Sequence record: OQ703618.1 | Direction: 5' to 3' (one strand) | From: Escherichia phage GADS24 | Length of the DNA: 64,000 nt | Shown here: positions 1-9,678 of the stretch, in pieces | Numbering within the stretch: position 1 is the stretch's first letter | Layout of the letters: every line of letters starts with the position of its first letter | Program-made: the position numbers and the translations under genes | Notes under the pieces: model-generated | What the model was told of the DNA's origin: nothing | The model's input: the letters and a program-made list of their open reading frames with translations, nothing else | The model's database searches: none

Positions 1-14
1 CACTAGTCAAAAAC

Positions 15-302
15 TCATTCGACAGGATAAATGTCGGAAGATTCTTCAGTCTCAACAGTCCCAAGTTCGTCTTTACCATAGATACCTCTGATGTGTAGTT
101 CGCCAAAATAAATGCGGTCACCTTCTTCAAGATATTCTGCATCTACAGGCGGAATTTCAATAACAACTTCGTCACATTCTAACCACCCGTAGTGTGCATC
201 GCCAGGATGTTTTACCAATTTAGCACAATAAACTGATTTACATTTATGATGGCCACGAAGATTAGCGATTTTGGATTCTGATACGTCAAATGGATGAATC
301 AT
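15..302 (-). CDS. hypothetical protein downstream of rIIB (start taken at internal ATG, MIHPFDV...)
   Basis: Minus-strand ORF; first in-frame ATG at 302; His/Cys-rich; follows rIIB terminator. Confidence 0.4.
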   Translation of the reverse strand: MIHPFDVSESKIANLRGHHKCKSVYCAKLVKHPGDAHYGWLECDEVVIEIPPVDAEYLEEGDRIYFGELHIRGIYGKDELGTVETEESSDIYPVE

Positions 303-312
303 AATTACCCCT

Positions 313-337
313 AAAGAAAAAGGGGACCGAAGTCCCC
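313..337 (-). terminator. intrinsic terminator after rIIB
   Basis: GC stem ggggac/gtcccc with 4-nt loop (UUCG on minus) followed by T-run on minus strand. Confidence 0.6.
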
Positions 338-342
338 AATTA

Positions 343-1278
343 TTATTCTGCAAATAATTCAGTAACGTCTGAAATTACTTCATAACGACAAGTACGCATC
401 TTAGCATCGCCGTAGTCAACTGGGATGGACACAACATCACGTGGATGAACTTTAACCTTAACAACTTTATCTGAGCTAGAACCAAAGTAACGAATATATG
501 ATTTAGCACAAACATGTAGACCACGGGAACAAGTTTGTGTATCATCATCGTTAACACGAGTACGAGGCATTGAAACAACTTTACCAGGTGAGTTATCAAA
601 TGTACCACTATAGCAGTCTAAATAGTCCTTACGAACTACTTTCCACGCATAGAAATGCCCATCTTCAGTGATTTCAATATCGTTTGCAACCAAGAAGTCG
701 AATAAACGTTGTACAGCTTTTTCGCTTGGGTTTTCTAACAGGTTTTCAAGGAATGGCAGATAGAATTTAAAGTCTTCGCCTTTTTCCATAGAATCAATAA
801 TACGATTAACCAGCCCTGAACGAATCTCTATACCTTGATAAAATAAACTACCACCTTCAATAGTAACATTACCATCAACAAACTTAGTAATAGCTTTCTT
901 GACGTTAATAAGTTCGACAGCTTTACTAAGGTTTCCTGCGACCAGATTAGCTTTAATTTCTTCAAAATTTGCATGACTTGATGGAGTCGCATTGTATGCT
1001 ACGCGTCCTTCAATAATTGAAATAAATTTAGATGACGCGTTCCATACGATTTCAGGACGATGTCCGCCGATAATAGGTTCATCATTTTCTGGGACCTGTT
1101 CTTCGTCTTCAAATTCAGCTGCTTTCTCTTCAGCTTTAAAATTCTTAACAATCTTACGAAGAGTATCTGTTGAAATGTCGAAGTAATCGGCAATTTCTTT
1201 ACGGGTCCATTTGCCTGATTCGACCAGGCCGTAAGCTTCTAACTGTTCTTCTTGGGGCAAGCATTTGATATTGTACAT
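343..1278 (-). CDS. rIIB: rIIB membrane-associated protein
   Basis: 311 aa; N-terminus MYNIKC and conserved C-terminal block recognised as T4 rIIB; sits next to rIIA. Confidence 0.85.
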   Translation of the reverse strand: MYNIKCLPQEEQLEAYGLVESGKWTRKEIADYFDISTDTLRKIVKNFKAEEKAAEFEDEEQVPENDEPIIGGHRPEIVWNASSKFISIIEGRVAYNATPSSHANFEEIKANLVAGNLSKAVELINVKKAITKFVDGNVTIEGGSLFYQGIEIRSGLVNRIIDSMEKGEDFKFYLPFLENLLENPSEKAVQRLFDFLVANDIEITEDGHFYAWKVVRKDYLDCYSGTFDNSPGKVVSMPRTRVNDDDTQTCSRGLHVCAKSYIRYFGSSSDKVVKVKVHPRDVVSIPVDYGDAKMRTCRYEVISDVTELFAE

Positions 1279-1287
1279 AATGTTTCC

Positions 1288-3501
1288 TTATTTGGCCGCT
1301 TCCACGGCCTTCATGAATTTAACGATTTGAGCGACCTGTTCTTTAGAAAGAGTACCACGTCGTCCCATGTATTCTGACACAATATGATAATTGGTTTCAA
1401 ATTCAATAACCATTTTATCATCATTATCGTAAGCATTATCTTTAAGCTTATCGAAAATTTTAGCACACAGTTCTAACTTCCTGTTCAGGTCTCTGTTATT
1501 AGCACCTGCGAATCGATTCCATCCCCAACGATTATTTACTGTTGAAAGTTTTGCAAAATCTTTACTGATTTCTTTGTTCTTAGAGCTAAAATACTTACTA
1601 AGGAAGTTAAGCTCTTCATTACGAGTAATATGGTTTAGATAGGGCTGTGCTCTACGACTTGGTGATACATACTCATCATAATCTACTTTATCGATTAGCG
1701 TAATGTAGTCATTAATTGATTTTTCGAACAAGCATTCTACTTCACCAAGTTTACGAACTTTCTTAGCAATCTGTGGGCGGACCACAGTGAACTCTTTAAT
1801 ACCTGACAAATCGGCAATACGAGTCAAGAAACCAGAATCATAGTTCAACCAACCTTTATCTGCGTCAAGACATTCAGCATTAGAACGATTACGAACTATA
1901 GCATAACCTTGGATTTCATCAGCTTCACTCGCCGGAATAAAGAGATCTTCTGATACCCAAACATCGTTTTCGTTCTTAAAGAACCGATGAGCACTTGGGG
2001 ATTTAGGACGAGGCCCATTAGAACGAGTCTTGACTTCAATCCATGGCTTAACGATTTGTAAAAGCTCTGAAGTCTTGTACATGTTAATGTTGTCGCCATC
2101 AAAGATAACTTTAAGGCGTTCCAGAAGTTTCATTGCATCTTCGTCTGTAGGGTCAACGAATAGTACGCTTTTACCAAAACCGCGTGGAACTTTACCGGTT
2201 AATTTAACCTCGTCTTTAGACATTTCAATTGAATTAAGAGCTCGCATTAATGGAACACGTCCCTTAACGTCGTCAATAACAATTTCAACGTTTTTAATGT
2301 TAATGCCAATCAGACTGTTAATTGAAATAGTTGCAGATGAGCTACCACTTTCACGAATACGACGAAGACGAGGGTCTTCAATGATATCGTATACGACGCC
2401 GAGATTACACCATTCGGGTCCCATTTTAAAACGTTTGTACAACTCAGAATAAGTTAGTTGTTCTTTAGAATATTTCAGAGATTCAATATTAGTCCCAGCC
2501 TTTTCCATGTATTTGCGAGCGGTATAGCCAAGAGAATCAATTTCACGGAACACATGACGCGGGTATTTACAATCAATCCATTTCTTAGAATCTTCAGCGA
2601 ACAATTTAGCATCGATTTCTGCAACGCGTTTATGGATATTTGCTACTGTACGTTTATCAAATGACAATGCTTCACGAGACGGGGCTACATCTAGTTCACC
2701 CATAGGGAATTTAATATAAGCTGTAGTGCATCGCGTCATCATCCATGTTTGTTCTTTAATAACACTTCCGATTGGATACACAATACCACCATAAACAGCC
2801 ATGATATTACCACGTTCACCCCATGGAGCTTCCTTGGCCAAATATACATCATCAAATTCAGGAAAGTATTTGATATCTTTAACACCACGAACTTCTGCAA
2901 TATCACCTAGAGGACGCATAACATAAGCAATTTCGGATGCGAACTTTTCAAAATCTTCTGGGTTAACAGGCACAACTACTTCAACGCCAGTCCGGTCATC
3001 AGGTCCCATCTTATCTACGAAGGTTGGCTTAATTTGTGGACCACTGTCATCTTGGTAGATTACGTAACCACGAACTTCACCATTGTGATAAGACGTAAGG
3101 TTAAACGTATCGGTATATGCTAGTGGAGCTTTAGAGCCGAGTCCGAATCCACCAATGAAATCGTTACTCGATGTTTTAGTTGAAGCAAAATATGAGTTAT
3201 AGATTCCTGGCTCTTCGTCATTACCTCGAATGGTGAAATCACTCATACCAGGACCAAAGTCTCTAACTACAAAACGTGGGTCTAAACGACCTGGAGCCTG
3301 AACAATAAACTTATCAGTGCAACCATTAAGAATTTGTCCATCGATACAGTTTGTGATTAATTCACGTACACAAGCCAATTCTTTGTTTGTATAAAGGTCA
3401 TTAGACAAAATCTTATAAACTTTGCTATTGCCTTGAATAGTAAATGCTGTGCTCTTACCGCCTGAGCCAATAATCGTTTCTTTAGCCGTTTCAATAATCA
3501 T
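1288..3501 (-). CDS. rIIA: rIIA protein (GHKL ATPase-like)
   Basis: 737 aa; T4 rIIA-like sequence and size; upstream of rIIB. Confidence 0.9.
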   Translation of the reverse strand: MIIETAKETIIGSGGKSTAFTIQGNSKVYKILSNDLYTNKELACVRELITNCIDGQILNGCTDKFIVQAPGRLDPRFVVRDFGPGMSDFTIRGNDEEPGIYNSYFASTKTSSNDFIGGFGLGSKAPLAYTDTFNLTSYHNGEVRGYVIYQDDSGPQIKPTFVDKMGPDDRTGVEVVVPVNPEDFEKFASEIAYVMRPLGDIAEVRGVKDIKYFPEFDDVYLAKEAPWGERGNIMAVYGGIVYPIGSVIKEQTWMMTRCTTAYIKFPMGELDVAPSREALSFDKRTVANIHKRVAEIDAKLFAEDSKKWIDCKYPRHVFREIDSLGYTARKYMEKAGTNIESLKYSKEQLTYSELYKRFKMGPEWCNLGVVYDIIEDPRLRRIRESGSSSATISINSLIGINIKNVEIVIDDVKGRVPLMRALNSIEMSKDEVKLTGKVPRGFGKSVLFVDPTDEDAMKLLERLKVIFDGDNINMYKTSELLQIVKPWIEVKTRSNGPRPKSPSAHRFFKNENDVWVSEDLFIPASEADEIQGYAIVRNRSNAECLDADKGWLNYDSGFLTRIADLSGIKEFTVVRPQIAKKVRKLGEVECLFEKSINDYITLIDKVDYDEYVSPSRRAQPYLNHITRNEELNFLSKYFSSKNKEISKDFAKLSTVNNRWGWNRFAGANNRDLNRKLELCAKIFDKLKDNAYDNDDKMVIEFETNYHIVSEYMGRRGTLSKEQVAQIVKFMKAVEAAK

Positions 3502-3513
3502 ATTTTTCTCTCA

Positions 3514-3714
3514 TCACAAGTTACGTTTAAAAATTTCTGCTACTTCAAGAAGTTCTTCTTTAGTAGCTGTATCGGTTTGTATTTTATATCGAATTTCTTT
3601 AAAGCGTTCTTTAAAGGACTCTGCTGACTCGATATCAAAAAATCTTTGGATAAGCCGGAATTCCCGGAGCACCGCTTTATCAAAAAGGTCCAAGTCCACG
3701 TTATATGTTCTCAT
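3514..3714 (-). CDS. small hypothetical protein (rIIA.1 position)
   Basis: 66-aa ORF immediately upstream of rIIA, synteny with T4 rIIA.1. Confidence 0.45.
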   Translation of the reverse strand: MRTYNVDLDLFDKAVLREFRLIQRFFDIESAESFKERFKEIRYKIQTDTATKEELLEVAEIFKRNL

Positions 3715-3740
3715 AATATTCTCTTCAGTAGATTCCTAGG

Positions 3741-3789
3741 GCACTATTATTAAAGACCATATAATCTATCATCTTATGTGTAATAGTGC
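3741..3789 (-). other. inverted repeat (9-bp arms gcactatta/taatagtgc) enclosing conserved GATGATAGA motif
   Basis: Seen in sequence between glycosyltransferase stop and rIIA.1 start. Confidence 0.5.
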
Positions 3790-3806
3790 CTCAGGCGATT
3801 CAGGAT

Positions 3807-4907
3807 TTACGCTGTGAAGATTTTATCCCACATCGCAACAACTGCATCTCGGTTATACTTCTTCCATACTGCTTCAGCGCGTTTAACTCGAGCTTCGTAT
3901 GTGTCAGTGAATTCTAATACAGCTTTTGTGTAAAGCGCAACTACTTCTTTCTTAGGAGTAGAGGAATCAATTTCTACACGCACAGTATCTGGGTCGTATT
4001 CGAATGTCGCATGAGGATAATCCTTAAAAACTAACTGGATTACAGGGACACCTTTAGAGATGGCTTCAATAGAACTATTCTCTACTGTACCTGTGTCAGG
4101 ACACGTATTAATAAGTGCTTTAGCTGTTTTAAGACGTTCCATGATTTCACTGTGTGGAGCATCAATAATAACAGGATATTTAGCTGGTGGTGCCCATTTA
4201 CTAGGACAGTATCCTACACCATTTTCGCCTAGTGCTTTAATCGCTTCAAGAGCAACATCAGTACGACGCATTTTAGTGTCATAACGTTGTGCACTAATAA
4301 TCAAATCAGTTGCCGGGAGAACTTCTGGTTTTTCAGTCAAACAAATAACCGGATAATCTTCGGCTTCAAACAACGGATTTGCTCGCCAATAATCATAATC
4401 AATTTTGTCAGTCAGACCTGAAGTCATATAACAATATTTGCGTTCAAATTCACGGAAGGCTTTAGTAGGAGCATAACTCTTACCACCATTCTTATGAATT
4501 TGAATAGTCTGGTCCCAAATTTGAACAATGCCACGAGATACCGGTTCAAATGGTGTTGCCATAAAATTCTTATGAACTTTAGAGAGACCTGCGTCTTTAA
4601 TTGCCTGAACGGTTAGTTTAGTCGGTTCCATAGTAACAACAAAATCGTATTCATGTATGCCGGCTAGTTCGACAATCTTACGAGCCATAGTATAACTCAT
4701 ACCTAGACTGAATTTAGTCAGATGTCCAACAGGGTGGTGTGTAACTTTCCAGTCACCAAACGTGTCATTATCAAAGCCGATATAATCAATATCAGCACCG
4801 ATGGACACAAGATATTTCAACACATTTAAATGTACTGCTTCAAGACCACCTTGTACACGGTCAGGATTAAATGGGACTGCACGAGATGGGATAAACATAA
4901 CTTTCAT
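3807..4907 (-). CDS. GT-B fold glycosyltransferase (candidate DNA sugar transferase)
   Basis: 366 aa; C-terminal E-x-x-x-EA-x-x-KG-x-PVI motif typical of GT1/GT4 enzymes; inserted between rIIA.1 and topoisomerase. Confidence 0.6.
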   Translation of the reverse strand: MKVMFIPSRAVPFNPDRVQGGLEAVHLNVLKYLVSIGADIDYIGFDNDTFGDWKVTHHPVGHLTKFSLGMSYTMARKIVELAGIHEYDFVVTMEPTKLTVQAIKDAGLSKVHKNFMATPFEPVSRGIVQIWDQTIQIHKNGGKSYAPTKAFREFERKYCYMTSGLTDKIDYDYWRANPLFEAEDYPVICLTEKPEVLPATDLIISAQRYDTKMRRTDVALEAIKALGENGVGYCPSKWAPPAKYPVIIDAPHSEIMERLKTAKALINTCPDTGTVENSSIEAISKGVPVIQLVFKDYPHATFEYDPDTVRVEIDSSTPKKEVVALYTKAVLEFTDTYEARVKRAEAVWKKYNRDAVVAMWDKIFTA

Positions 4908-4921
4908 AATTAAGCCTTATT

Positions 4922-4951
4922 AAAATTAAAATGAAGCTCCCGAAGGAGCTT
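4922..4951 (-). terminator. intrinsic terminator after topoisomerase gene
   Basis: Stem aagctcc/ggagctt with cgaa loop, T-run on minus strand. Confidence 0.55.
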
Positions 4952-6767
4952 AGGACATCCATTCTTTACGAAGTTCTGAATCATCACCCAACAACATTTC
5001 AAAGAGTTCTTTCCAGTTTTCAGGAAGTTTAACTACGTCGTACACAGGGTTCTGAATCATTTCACGATATTCTGACTTTTCAAGGGAGCCTAATCCCTTG
5101 ATGTATCGAATACTATGCTTAGGCAGTGTATCTTTAACTTCTTCATACTCAGCTACAGTATAAAACCATTTTTGAGTTTTGCCAATTTGTGCAATAATTA
5201 CAGGCGTTTTAACAAAGCGAATACGTCCTTGTTCAAACAATTCAGGCCAATTACTAAAGAAAGCAAGCAAAGCCGGATAAATACTTCCAAGGCCGTCATG
5301 ATCGGCATCGGTCATAATTGCAATATTACGATAGTTCGTATTCTCTGCCTTTTCACCAAGAATAAGACCTGTGATAGCACAGATATCAAAGAGCTCTTTG
5401 TTCTTCATCATATCAGCATATGACATACCCCAGCTATTCATCACCTTACCACGTAATGGGAATCCACCGTGTAGTTCACGGTCACGAACATCAATGAGAT
5501 AACCAATTGCCGAATCACCTTCTGTTAAGAACAATGTCGTATCTGCATCTTTACCACATTGGTTAGCTTTAATATGCTTATGAACCTTAGCTTTAGTTGC
5601 CTTTTTAGCTGCTTTAGTTTCTGCAGCCTTTTCTGCTGCCAATTTACGAGCTAATGCTGCTTCAACAATAGGCATAATCAAGGCTTCGTTTTTAAGAAGT
5701 GCCTGAGCAATTTTCTTAGCATCTAATTGGATATGATTACGAATATCACCATACGTTGACGTTAATCGTTCTTTAGTCTGAGAATCAAAACGCATGTTGC
5801 TCATGTCTCTAATAAACATCAACATTGTGAGGCATTCTTTAACACGAGCTTTAGTGACTTCAATACCCTTATATTTCTTTTTAATACCAGGCAAAAGATG
5901 TTCGCAGATATCATCCATTACACATTCAACATGATGACCACCGTTTTTAGTATGGATGTTATTCACATAAGTTAAATGACGGAAGCCGTCTGGTGATGTT
6001 GTGAATGCTATAGAGACTTTATCATTTTCTTGAATGATGTTATCTTCGCCAAATTGTTTAGCAAATCGTTTAAAATTACCATCAACCTTTTTACCATTAA
6101 ATGTGAACTTGATATCAGGATAAACGACTGCCAATGTTTGAAGTCGGTCTAAAGTAATATCTAAATAAATTTGAGATAAATTATGCTCTTCAAACGAAGA
6201 GAAATCAGGAGTGAAGATTACTTTAGTGCCTTTACCTTTAGATTTCTTAGAAGACCATGATTTGTTTTCCATTCCGTTTGAACAGTTAACAGTGATTTCA
6301 TTTTCGCCATCCGACGTGATGCCTGTAAACAACGTGGAGAAGATATTAGTTAAACTACTCCCGACGCCGTTCATACCACCAGTCTTGCGTTCAGAGTCAT
6401 CACCAAAGTTACCACCGGCCTTTGGAATAGTCCAGGCTGCTACAGGCCCAGGAATTTGTTCACCTGTTTGGTCGGTAACTAAACCTTGAGGAATACCACG
6501 TCCGTTATCTTCCACCGAAACTTGATTATTTTTAATTTGCACATCAATTTTATTTGCAAACTTAAATGATGTACGAATAGCTTCATCAACCGAGTTGTCA
6601 ATAATCTCATCGATTAATTTAACCAGACCAGGAACATATTCAACTTGTTGATATTTACCAAACAAAAAACGCTCATGGGCTTCTTTAGCAGAAGAACCAA
6701 TATACATACCACTACGTTTCTTAATATGTTCTACATCTGACAATACCTTAATTTCATTTTTAATCAT
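4950..6767 (-). CDS. 39: DNA topoisomerase II large subunit, fused gp60+gp39 (GyrB-like ATPase)
   Basis: 605 aa; GHKL ATPase and TOPRIM motifs; single uninterrupted ORF, no gene-60 bypass. Confidence 0.85.
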   Translation of the reverse strand: MIKNEIKVLSDVEHIKKRSGMYIGSSAKEAHERFLFGKYQQVEYVPGLVKLIDEIIDNSVDEAIRTSFKFANKIDVQIKNNQVSVEDNGRGIPQGLVTDQTGEQIPGPVAAWTIPKAGGNFGDDSERKTGGMNGVGSSLTNIFSTLFTGITSDGENEITVNCSNGMENKSWSSKKSKGKGTKVIFTPDFSSFEEHNLSQIYLDITLDRLQTLAVVYPDIKFTFNGKKVDGNFKRFAKQFGEDNIIQENDKVSIAFTTSPDGFRHLTYVNNIHTKNGGHHVECVMDDICEHLLPGIKKKYKGIEVTKARVKECLTMLMFIRDMSNMRFDSQTKERLTSTYGDIRNHIQLDAKKIAQALLKNEALIMPIVEAALARKLAAEKAAETKAAKKATKAKVHKHIKANQCGKDADTTLFLTEGDSAIGYLIDVRDRELHGGFPLRGKVMNSWGMSYADMMKNKELFDICAITGLILGEKAENTNYRNIAIMTDADHDGLGSIYPALLAFFSNWPELFEQGRIRFVKTPVIIAQIGKTQKWFYTVAEYEEVKDTLPKHSIRYIKGLGSLEKSEYREMIQNPVYDVVKLPENWKELFEMLLGDDSELRKEWMS

Positions 6768-6789
6768 GTTGTCTCCTCGTTATGAAGGT

Positions 6790-6814
6790 ATTCTATCATC
6801 CGAAATCTAAAGCA
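6790..6814 (-). promoter_or_regulatory. T4-type middle promoter (MotA box TTTGCTTTA, 12-bp spacer, -10 TAGAAT)
   Basis: Minus-strand motif 23 nt upstream of topoisomerase ATG; overlaps T-run of preceding terminator. Confidence 0.5.
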
Positions 6815-6831
6815 AAAAGGGCCGAAGCCCT
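6809..6831 (-). terminator. intrinsic terminator
   Basis: Stem agggc/gccct with cgaa loop plus T-run on minus strand. Confidence 0.55.
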
Positions 6832-7106
6832 TATTTAAATTTAATTTTCTGAAGTGCATCAATTGCAGCCAAACGCCCTTGTTCACTTTTAACTGTAATG
6901 ACCACATCGCCTGATACGATCACCGAACCATCAACAAATTCTATAGAGCCTTTTTTGAAATCGACCGCTGTATCTGGTTCCGGAACTTCTTCAAAGAATT
7001 TAAATTCTGCACCATAAAGCAGAATATCACCTTGCATACTATGAATAGTTCGACCATAATCACCTACGGCTTCTACAGCAATAACAGAAACGCCGTAACC
7101 AATCAT
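6831..7106 (-). CDS. hypothetical protein; N-terminus uncertain, possibly frameshifted relative to upstream 23-codon ORF (7187..7258)
   Basis: ORF track start at 7190 is a TTG; first in-frame ATG at 7106; upstream ATG ORF in another frame. Confidence 0.35.
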   Translation of the reverse strand: MIGYGVSVIAVEAVGDYGRTIHSMQGDILLYGAEFKFFEEVPEPDTAVDFKKGSIEFVDGSVIVSGDVVITVKSEQGRLAAIDALQKIKFK

Positions 7107-7260
7107 CTCTTCCACAATAAAATCTTTGGACAATAAAGTAGTATGCAGATTAGTATTAAGACGTTTACCAGTCGTATTAAGAAGTCTCAAGAAATTATCT
7201 TCTTGTCCTTTGATAATACGATATATTTCTTACCAATTTCAAAACCTTTAAAAGCCATAA

Positions 7261-7440
7261 TTAACCCTTCTTAAGTAAGTCGTAAAAACCACCATTTACA
7301 TGTTTAGGAGCAGAAACCCGACGAGTAGACAGACGATGACATTCAGGGCAAACATCGTTTTCTCGTTCAGAGATCCTTTTAATTTTTTCATATTCATGAC
7401 CACAATCTTCAGATTGACATTTATAGTCGTATAACGGCAT
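7261..7440 (-). CDS. zinc-ribbon protein (FmdB-like CxxC...CxxC), 59 aa
   Basis: Translated by hand: MPLYDYKCQSEDCGHEYEKIKRISERENDVCPECHRL...; below ORF-track cutoff. Confidence 0.45.
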   Translation of the reverse strand: MPLYDYKCQSEDCGHEYEKIKRISERENDVCPECHRLSTRRVSAPKHVNGGFYDLLKKG

Positions 7441-7442
7441 TA

Positions 7443-7853
7443 TTATTCCTTAAAATGTGCTTTCAACATTTGATACAAAGACCATGCCTGGTCGGTATTT
7501 TCGATAGTAATCGTCATCACCGGAAATTCAGACAATTCGTCAAGTTCACCAGAATCTTGCTCTTCAGACGCTTGATACGGATTTCCAACTTCGTCAAAGA
7601 ACTCTGCTTCATTCGTAGAGAGCCAGATAAAGTTTTCATCAAGGATATCACCACCTGTTGCGTATCCAACCGCACCAGTAGATGTTAAAATTTTAGTAGG
7701 ACGTCCGAGATGGTCAACATCTAAAATTTTAAAAGGTTCCATGCCAAGACGTCGTGCATAAATCCCATTATCAGTGTGGTCTTTAATAAACTCTTCTTGG
7801 GCCCGTTTATCTATAAATTGGTACCATGAGTTAACGCGGAATTTATTAGCCAT
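7443..7853 (-). CDS. hypothetical protein
   Basis: ORF; start taken at MANKF ATG overlapping upstream stop (TAATG). Confidence 0.45.
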   Translation of the reverse strand: MANKFRVNSWYQFIDKRAQEEFIKDHTDNGIYARRLGMEPFKILDVDHLGRPTKILTSTGAVGYATGGDILDENFIWLSTNEAEFFDEVGNPYQASEEQDSGELDELSEFPVMTITIENTDQAWSLYQMLKAHFKE

Positions 7854-8080
7854 TAGTAAGTTTCCTTCCAATAAGTTGTACCATTTTCAGTGATTTCACG
7901 GAAGATGCCATAGATAGGCATTTCGTCACCGAGTTTTTCGTAAACGTAAACCACTTCGGTGTAGCATAAAAATTCAGTCCAGCTTTTTTGTACAACAACT
8001 AAATCAGGATTAAACAGAACATCTTCAAACTCATTGATGTTTGAATCAGTAGTTACGTTTTTAATGATTTGACGTTTCAT
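7853..8080 (-). CDS. hypothetical protein
   Basis: ORF; start at MKRQII downstream of early promoter cassette. Confidence 0.4.
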   Translation of the reverse strand: MKRQIIKNVTTDSNINEFEDVLFNPDLVVVQKSWTEFLCYTEVVYVYEKLGDEMPIYGIFREITENGTTYWKETY

Positions 8081-8108
8081 AATATTCTCCTCTTGTTTTG
8101 ATAGGTCT

Positions 8109-8137
8109 ATAGTATCATAGACCATAGTTGTTGTACA
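8109..8137 (-). promoter_or_regulatory. T4-type early promoter (-35 TGTACA, 17-bp spacer, -10 TACTAT) with small inverted repeat around -10
   Basis: Minus-strand hexamers with 17-bp spacing, followed by conserved AGACCTATCAA. Confidence 0.55.
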
Positions 8138-8662
8138 TCATTTTAGCAAAATAAAATCAACTTGTTCTGCCAATGAACGTCTGAACATTAATTGACAACT
8201 TCCGAGGATGAAATCAGGTGCTTCATAGACCGCGATGTAGTATCCTTTAGCTTTCAAGAGTTCAACATCCACCTGGTCATCAAACCATGCATAAACCGCG
8301 TCAACACTTTCAAATCCAAAATAGAACCCTTGAGCCCAATCTTCGCTCAATTCAAATGCGTGATCAATTCTATAGTATCTTAAGATATTTTGTTCAAGGA
8401 GTTTGTCTTCATTTACTGTAGGACGATTAGGGACATTATAGTTGTCGCCGTGATGGTAGAAGTTACCTGAGAGTATTCCATGCTTATCAAGGAACTCCCA
8501 TGTTTCTTCAGAGTTGTCGGTGCCCGACCAACCGTATGGCGAGCGAGGTTCTTTATTCCAAGAGGTTTCCCAAATTCTGACGGCTTTACCGTCTTCGATA
8601 GCAATTCCAGGTAATGATTCACGTTGAGTACAAAAACTACGTTCTACGCGGTAAACTAACAT
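8138..8662 (-). CDS. hypothetical protein
   Basis: 174-aa ORF with SD, own early promoter. Confidence 0.5.
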   Translation of the reverse strand: MLVYRVERSFCTQRESLPGIAIEDGKAVRIWETSWNKEPRSPYGWSGTDNSEETWEFLDKHGILSGNFYHHGDNYNVPNRPTVNEDKLLEQNILRYYRIDHAFELSEDWAQGFYFGFESVDAVYAWFDDQVDVELLKAKGYYIAVYEAPDFILGSCQLMFRRSLAEQVDFILLK

Positions 8663-8688
8663 ATTATTCTCCTCTGGTTGATATGGTT

Positions 8689-8717
8689 ATAATATCAAAA
8701 CCAGAGGAGAAGTAAAC
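8689..8717 (-). promoter_or_regulatory. T4-type early promoter (-35 GTTTAC, -10 TATTAT) flanked by inverted repeat pairing with SD
   Basis: Hexamers 17 bp apart; arms cctctggtt/aaccagagg. Confidence 0.55.
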
Positions 8718-8721
8718 AACT

Positions 8722-9141
8722 TTATGCAAAAGCAGCTGGGCTATATTTTTTAATTTGGAATTCAGGAACTACCATGAACTGTCCAGCGAAAACGATGTTA
8801 TAAAGCTTGACACCATCTTCTACCCAACGGTCGCTAATAAATCCAGCGATTTGCTTAGTTTTCCACGGCGTTCCATCAGTTGCCGCAGCAATAGTGAATT
8901 CATGGTCTTTTTCAACAGAAACTGATCTGCATAGTCCCCATTTGAACGCTTTTTCTTCTGGTTCAATGAATTGGCTTTTAACGTAGCCAATATTACCATT
9001 AGCATCACGAACTTTAACTTGGTTACGGCCAAAAACCGGATCACTCACAGAAAGAACTTCAACCAACTTCCCGGCAACTTTAGAGCGAGAAGCAACAGAT
9101 ACATATACGTAATCACCTGTAGAGAGATTTACAATATTCAT
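8722..9141 (-). CDS. hypothetical protein, tandem paralog family member A
   Basis: 139 aa; shares SRSKxAGxLVEV and GFISDxWVEDGxKLYNIVF blocks with next ORF. Confidence 0.55.
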   Translation of the reverse strand: MNIVNLSTGDYVYVSVASRSKVAGKLVEVLSVSDPVFGRNQVKVRDANGNIGYVKSQFIEPEEKAFKWGLCRSVSVEKDHEFTIAAATDGTPWKTKQIAGFISDRWVEDGVKLYNIVFAGQFMVVPEFQIKKYSPAAFA

Positions 9142-9150
9142 AATAATTCC

Positions 9151-9648
9151 TTAAGCTTTACGAGGAGACACATAGCGAGTGATTTCAGATTCTTTAACAA
9201 CTCGGAAGTCACCTAAGAATACGATATTGTATAACTTTTCACCATCTTCAACCCATTGGTCACTAATGAAGCCACACATAATATCAGTTTTGCTTGGATA
9301 TCCGTATTCGTCGATGTAATCAAATTCTTTATCGGTTATAAATTCAACGCCTTTGCAAAGGGCCCATTTAAACTGTGTAGTAGGCTCAACGATATCGTTT
9401 GAAGCAAAGTGTGCAGGTGCAACTTCTTCGCTTGAAGCAAATTGGACTCGTATATGTTTTTCCAGGAATTTAGGACTTACGTAAGCATACTGGGCATCTT
9501 GTCCGCCAAAACTAGGAATGATTCGAACTTTAACTTCTTTAATACGTCCCATGCCATTTGTGCGAAGTCCGACAACTTCAACCAGACGACCTGCGGCTTT
9601 AGACCGGGATGCAGTTGATACACGTTTAATTTCACCAATAGTAATCAT
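9151..9648 (-). CDS. hypothetical protein, tandem paralog family member B
   Basis: Start taken at MITIGEIK with SD; ORF-track 5' extension overlaps promoter. Confidence 0.55.
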   Translation of the reverse strand: MITIGEIKRVSTASRSKAAGRLVEVVGLRTNGMGRIKEVKVRIIPSFGGQDAQYAYVSPKFLEKHIRVQFASSEEVAPAHFASNDIVEPTTQFKWALCKGVEFITDKEFDYIDEYGYPSKTDIMCGFISDQWVEDGEKLYNIVFLGDFRVVKESEITRYVSPRKA

Positions 9649-9678
9649 ATTTTTTCTCTCTTTGTTTAAGTTGAATTC

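Noticed and set aside
4950-6767. Translational bypass (gene 60 hop) in the topoisomerase gene
   Set aside because: The subunit is a single continuous 605-aa ORF; no 50-nt coding gap.
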